Below, one piece after another: positions 61,792 to 64,000 of a DNA stretch of 64,000 nucleotides. Source of the stretch: Paracoccaceae bacterium. GTDB taxonomy: Bacteria > Pseudomonadota > Alphaproteobacteria > Rhodobacterales > Rhodobacteraceae. The translations under genes and the position numbers were made by a program. Where the stretch lies: NCBI GenBank assembly GCA_009924775.1, contig RFQY01000001.1:6157-70156 (forward strand), given 5' to 3'. Every line of letters starts with the position of its first letter. The first letter of the stretch is position 1. The notes under the pieces were generated by a model that had not been told where the DNA came from, made no database searches, and saw nothing but the letters and a program-made list of their open reading frames with translations.

Positions 61792-62319
61792 ATGGCACTT
61801 TTTGCACTTGGTGGGCTGACGCCCCAGATCGACCCTGACACTTGGGTGGCTCATGATGCCAATGTGATTGGCAATGTGGTGATGCAGGCGGGGGCCAGCG
61901 TATGGTTCGGCGCCACCTTGCGCGGCGATACCGAGGTGATCGAGATCGGTGCGGGGAGCAATGTGCAGGAAAATGCCGTGCTGCACACCGATTTGGGGTT
62001 TCCGCTGAGCGTTGGGGCGGGCTGCACCATTGGCCACAAGGCCATGCTGCATGGCTGCACAATTGGCGAAAATAGCCTGATTGGCATGGGGGCCACGGTG
62101 CTGAACGGCGCAAAGATCGGGCGCAATTGCCTGATTGGCGCCAATGCGCTGATCACCGAGGGCAAAGAGATACCCGACAACAGCTTGGTGATGGGCAGCC
62201 CGGGAAAAGTGGTGCGCCAGTTGGACGAGGCGGCGGTTGCGGCCCTGCGCGCCAGCGCGCTGCATTATGCAGATAATATGCGCCGTTTTCGCGGCGAGCT
62301 GCGCGAAATCGCGGGGTAA
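61792..62319 (+). CDS. gamma-carbonic anhydrase family (left-handed beta-helix, YrdA/PaaY-like) protein
   Basis: Hexapeptide repeats; ..IRGD.., ..[11 protein letters not shown].., ..GHKAMLHGC.. Confidence 0.88.
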   Translation: MALFALGGLTPQIDPDTWVAHDANVIGNVVMQAGASVWFGATLRGDTEVIEIGAGSNVQENAVLHTDLGFPLSVGAGCTIGHKAMLHGCTIGENSLIGMGATVLNGAKIGRNCLIGANALITEGKEIPDNSLVMGSPGKVVRQLDEAAVAALRASALHYADNMRRFRGELREIAG

Positions 62320-62380
62320 GGGCCCGGGCTGCGGGCCTTGGGAGCCTTCGGCGAGAGTATTTTTGGCACGATCGGAGAGA

Positions 62381-63577
62381 ATGATGCGGAAAGACCCAAG
62401 CACCCTTATGCGCCCCGAGCGCCTGCCGGAAAGCGCCAGCTGGCCGGTGGTGACGCCGTTGATGCCATCGGTTGTGTATGGCAGCGACACGCCGGATAGG
62501 CTGGATGCCCAATATGAGGGGCGTGTGGCGGGCTATACCTATGCCCGCGAGGGCCACCCCAATGCCGATGTCGTGGCGCGGCGTATCGATGCGCTGGAGG
62601 GGGGCGTGGGCGGTTTGGTGCTGGGCTCGGGGATGGCGGCGGTGAGCGCTGTGCTGATGGGGCTGTTGAAGGCGGGCGATCATGTGTTGGGGGGCGATCA
62701 GCTGTATGGGCGGTCGTTGCGCCTGATGGCGCAGGATTTGCCGCGTTTGGGGATTGCCACCTCTTTGGCCGATCCGTGCGATGTGGGGGCGATGGCGGCG
62801 GCTATTCGGCCTGAAACGCGGATGATTTTGGTGGAACTGGTGTCCAACCCAACGCTGCGGGTGGCGGATTTGGCAGGGATTTCGGCGCTGGCAAAAGAGC
62901 GGGGGATATTGCTGGTGGTGGATAATACATTCACCACCCCGCGGGCGTTTCGCCCCTTTGATATGGGGGCCGATATCGTGATTCACTCGGTCACCAAATT
63001 GTTGGCGGGGCATTCGGATGTGACCTTGGGTTATGTCTGCGCGCGCGATCCCGTTCTGCAAAAGGCGATTTACGATTTTTCGGTGACCACGGGCATGACG
63101 CCCAGCCCGTTTGATTGTTGGTTGGCAGAGCGGGGCATGCTGAGTTTCGAGCTGCGCTTTGACCGGGCCGAGGCCACGGCGGTGCGACTGGCCGATCATC
63201 TGGCAGGGTTGGCGGGGGTGGCGCGGGTGTTATACCCGATGCGTGGCGACCACCCCGATGCCGCGCGGGCGCGGGCGGTGCTGGGCAACCGGGGCTGCAA
63301 TATGGTGAGTTTTGAACTAGAGGGCGGGCGCGCGGCGGCCAATGCGTTTGCCCATGCCGCAAGCGGCGTGGCCTTTGCCCCGACATTGGGCGATGTGGGC
63401 ACCACGCTGTCGCATCCTGCGTCCAGCTCGCATCGGGCGTTGAGCCCCGAGGGGCGGGCGGCCTTGGGCATTTCCGAGGGGTTTTTCCGGGTGTCTGTTG
63501 GTTTGGAAGACCCCGAGGCGCTGTGTGCTGAATTCAGCAAAGGGGTTGCGGCGGCCCGGGCGGCGGTGGCGGGCTGA
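62381..63577 (+). CDS. Cys/Met-metabolism PLP-dependent enzyme (cystathionine gamma-synthase / beta-lyase family)
   Basis: GGAGAGA Shine-Dalgarno. ..YAREGHPN.., PLP-lysine motif HSVTKLLAGHSD; start re-set from 62237. Confidence 0.88.
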   Translation: MMRKDPSTLMRPERLPESASWPVVTPLMPSVVYGSDTPDRLDAQYEGRVAGYTYAREGHPNADVVARRIDALEGGVGGLVLGSGMAAVSAVLMGLLKAGDHVLGGDQLYGRSLRLMAQDLPRLGIATSLADPCDVGAMAAAIRPETRMILVELVSNPTLRVADLAGISALAKERGILLVVDNTFTTPRAFRPFDMGADIVIHSVTKLLAGHSDVTLGYVCARDPVLQKAIYDFSVTTGMTPSPFDCWLAERGMLSFELRFDRAEATAVRLADHLAGLAGVARVLYPMRGDHPDAARARAVLGNRGCNMVSFELEGGRAAANAFAHAASGVAFAPTLGDVGTTLSHPASSSHRALSPEGRAALGISEGFFRVSVGLEDPEALCAEFSKGVAAARAAVAG

Positions 63578-63579
63578 AT

Positions 63580-64000
63580 ATGGGGCTGGCTGAGAATATC
63601 CTAGAGGCCATTCCGCAGCCGGCGCTTTTGGTAAACCCGCAGGACCGTATTTTGGCGGGCAACAGCATGGCGCAGGCTGTGTTTGGGGCGGGCTTGGTGG
63701 ACCGGTCTTTGGTGATGGTGATCCGCCAACCGTCGGTTTTGGATGCGCTAGAGGCGTGCCGGAAAACCGGGGCGGTGCAATCGGCGCGCTATTTGACCAA
63801 TGATGCCCGCCAAGATGTGAGCTTTGACATGCGCGCCAGCCTGCTGCAGGGGGCTGGGCTGGATGGGGTTTTGTTGTGTTTCAACGATGTCAGCCATCTG
63901 GAACAGGCCGGCCAGATGCGGCGCGATTTTGTTGCCAATGTCAGCCATGAATTGCGCACGCCGCTGACCGCGTTGATCGGGTTTATCGAAACATTACAAG
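63580..64000 (+). CDS. PAS-domain sensor histidine kinase (PhoR-like), N-terminal part; 3' end is outside the window
   Basis: Open frame from ATG 63580 to the window end. ..ILEAIPQPALLVNPQDRILAGNSMA.. (PAS) and H-box DFVANVSHELRTPLTALIGFIETLQ. Absent from the ORF track because there is no stop in the window. Confidence 0.8.
   Translation, partial: MGLAENILEAIPQPALLVNPQDRILAGNSMAQAVFGAGLVDRSLVMVIRQPSVLDALEACRKTGAVQSARYLTNDARQDVSFDMRASLLQGAGLDGVLLCFNDVSHLEQAGQMRRDFVANVSHELRTPLTALIGFIETLQ

Overview
High-GC (about 60% by eye) alphaproteobacterial chromosome segment with Rhodobacterales hallmarks: ctrA next to sciP, a GafA-like regulator, a class I FBA-pgk pair, and TRAP, DMT and HAAT-type ABC transporters. 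I call 67 well-supported protein-coding genes (two cut by the window edges) plus 2 speculative small ORFs, and 3 tRNAs (Asp-GTC, Val-CAC, Val-TAC). I also call about ten intrinsic-terminator hairpins and a few promoter or operator candidates. Content is mostly housekeeping: lon, tgt, mnmA, trmFO, gluQ, rluE, ligA, recG, hisI, rplM-rpsI, guaA, pgk, fba, cysS, cimA, gmk, metA and a class II DAHP synthase. I saw no transposase, integrase, phage gene, CRISPR array, rRNA, toxin-antitoxin pair or recognisable defence gene. I do not see a convincing new multi-gene system, so the window reads as ordinary core genome. Most long ORFs in the six-frame track are antisense or out-of-frame artefacts of GC-rich coding DNA. 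Many true starts are internal to the listed ORFs, and I re-set them from Shine-Dalgarno context and remembered family N-termini. The leads worth a second look are small or non-coding. (1) A phased GTTC array containing an exact alpha-type LexA box precedes a 40-codon single-TM ORF downstream of recG. (2) A 436-bp divergent intergenic region (ialB-like / DUF853 ATPase) holds two strong terminators, long inverted repeats, a minus-strand sRNA candidate with CCUCCC-type motifs and a poly-Cys upstream ORF. (3) Three copies of the same CtrA-box variant, TTAA-N7-GTAAC, lie in front of ctrA, a GafA-like/rcc01866-like gene pair and a small PAS protein gene. (4) A single-gene island of about 40% GC encodes an FkbM methyltransferase, next to an internally deleted GNAT gene. 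(5) Two non-pyrrolysine MttB-superfamily paralogues have no corrinoid partner genes. All functional assignments rest on motif recognition by eye and recalled family features; no database search was run.
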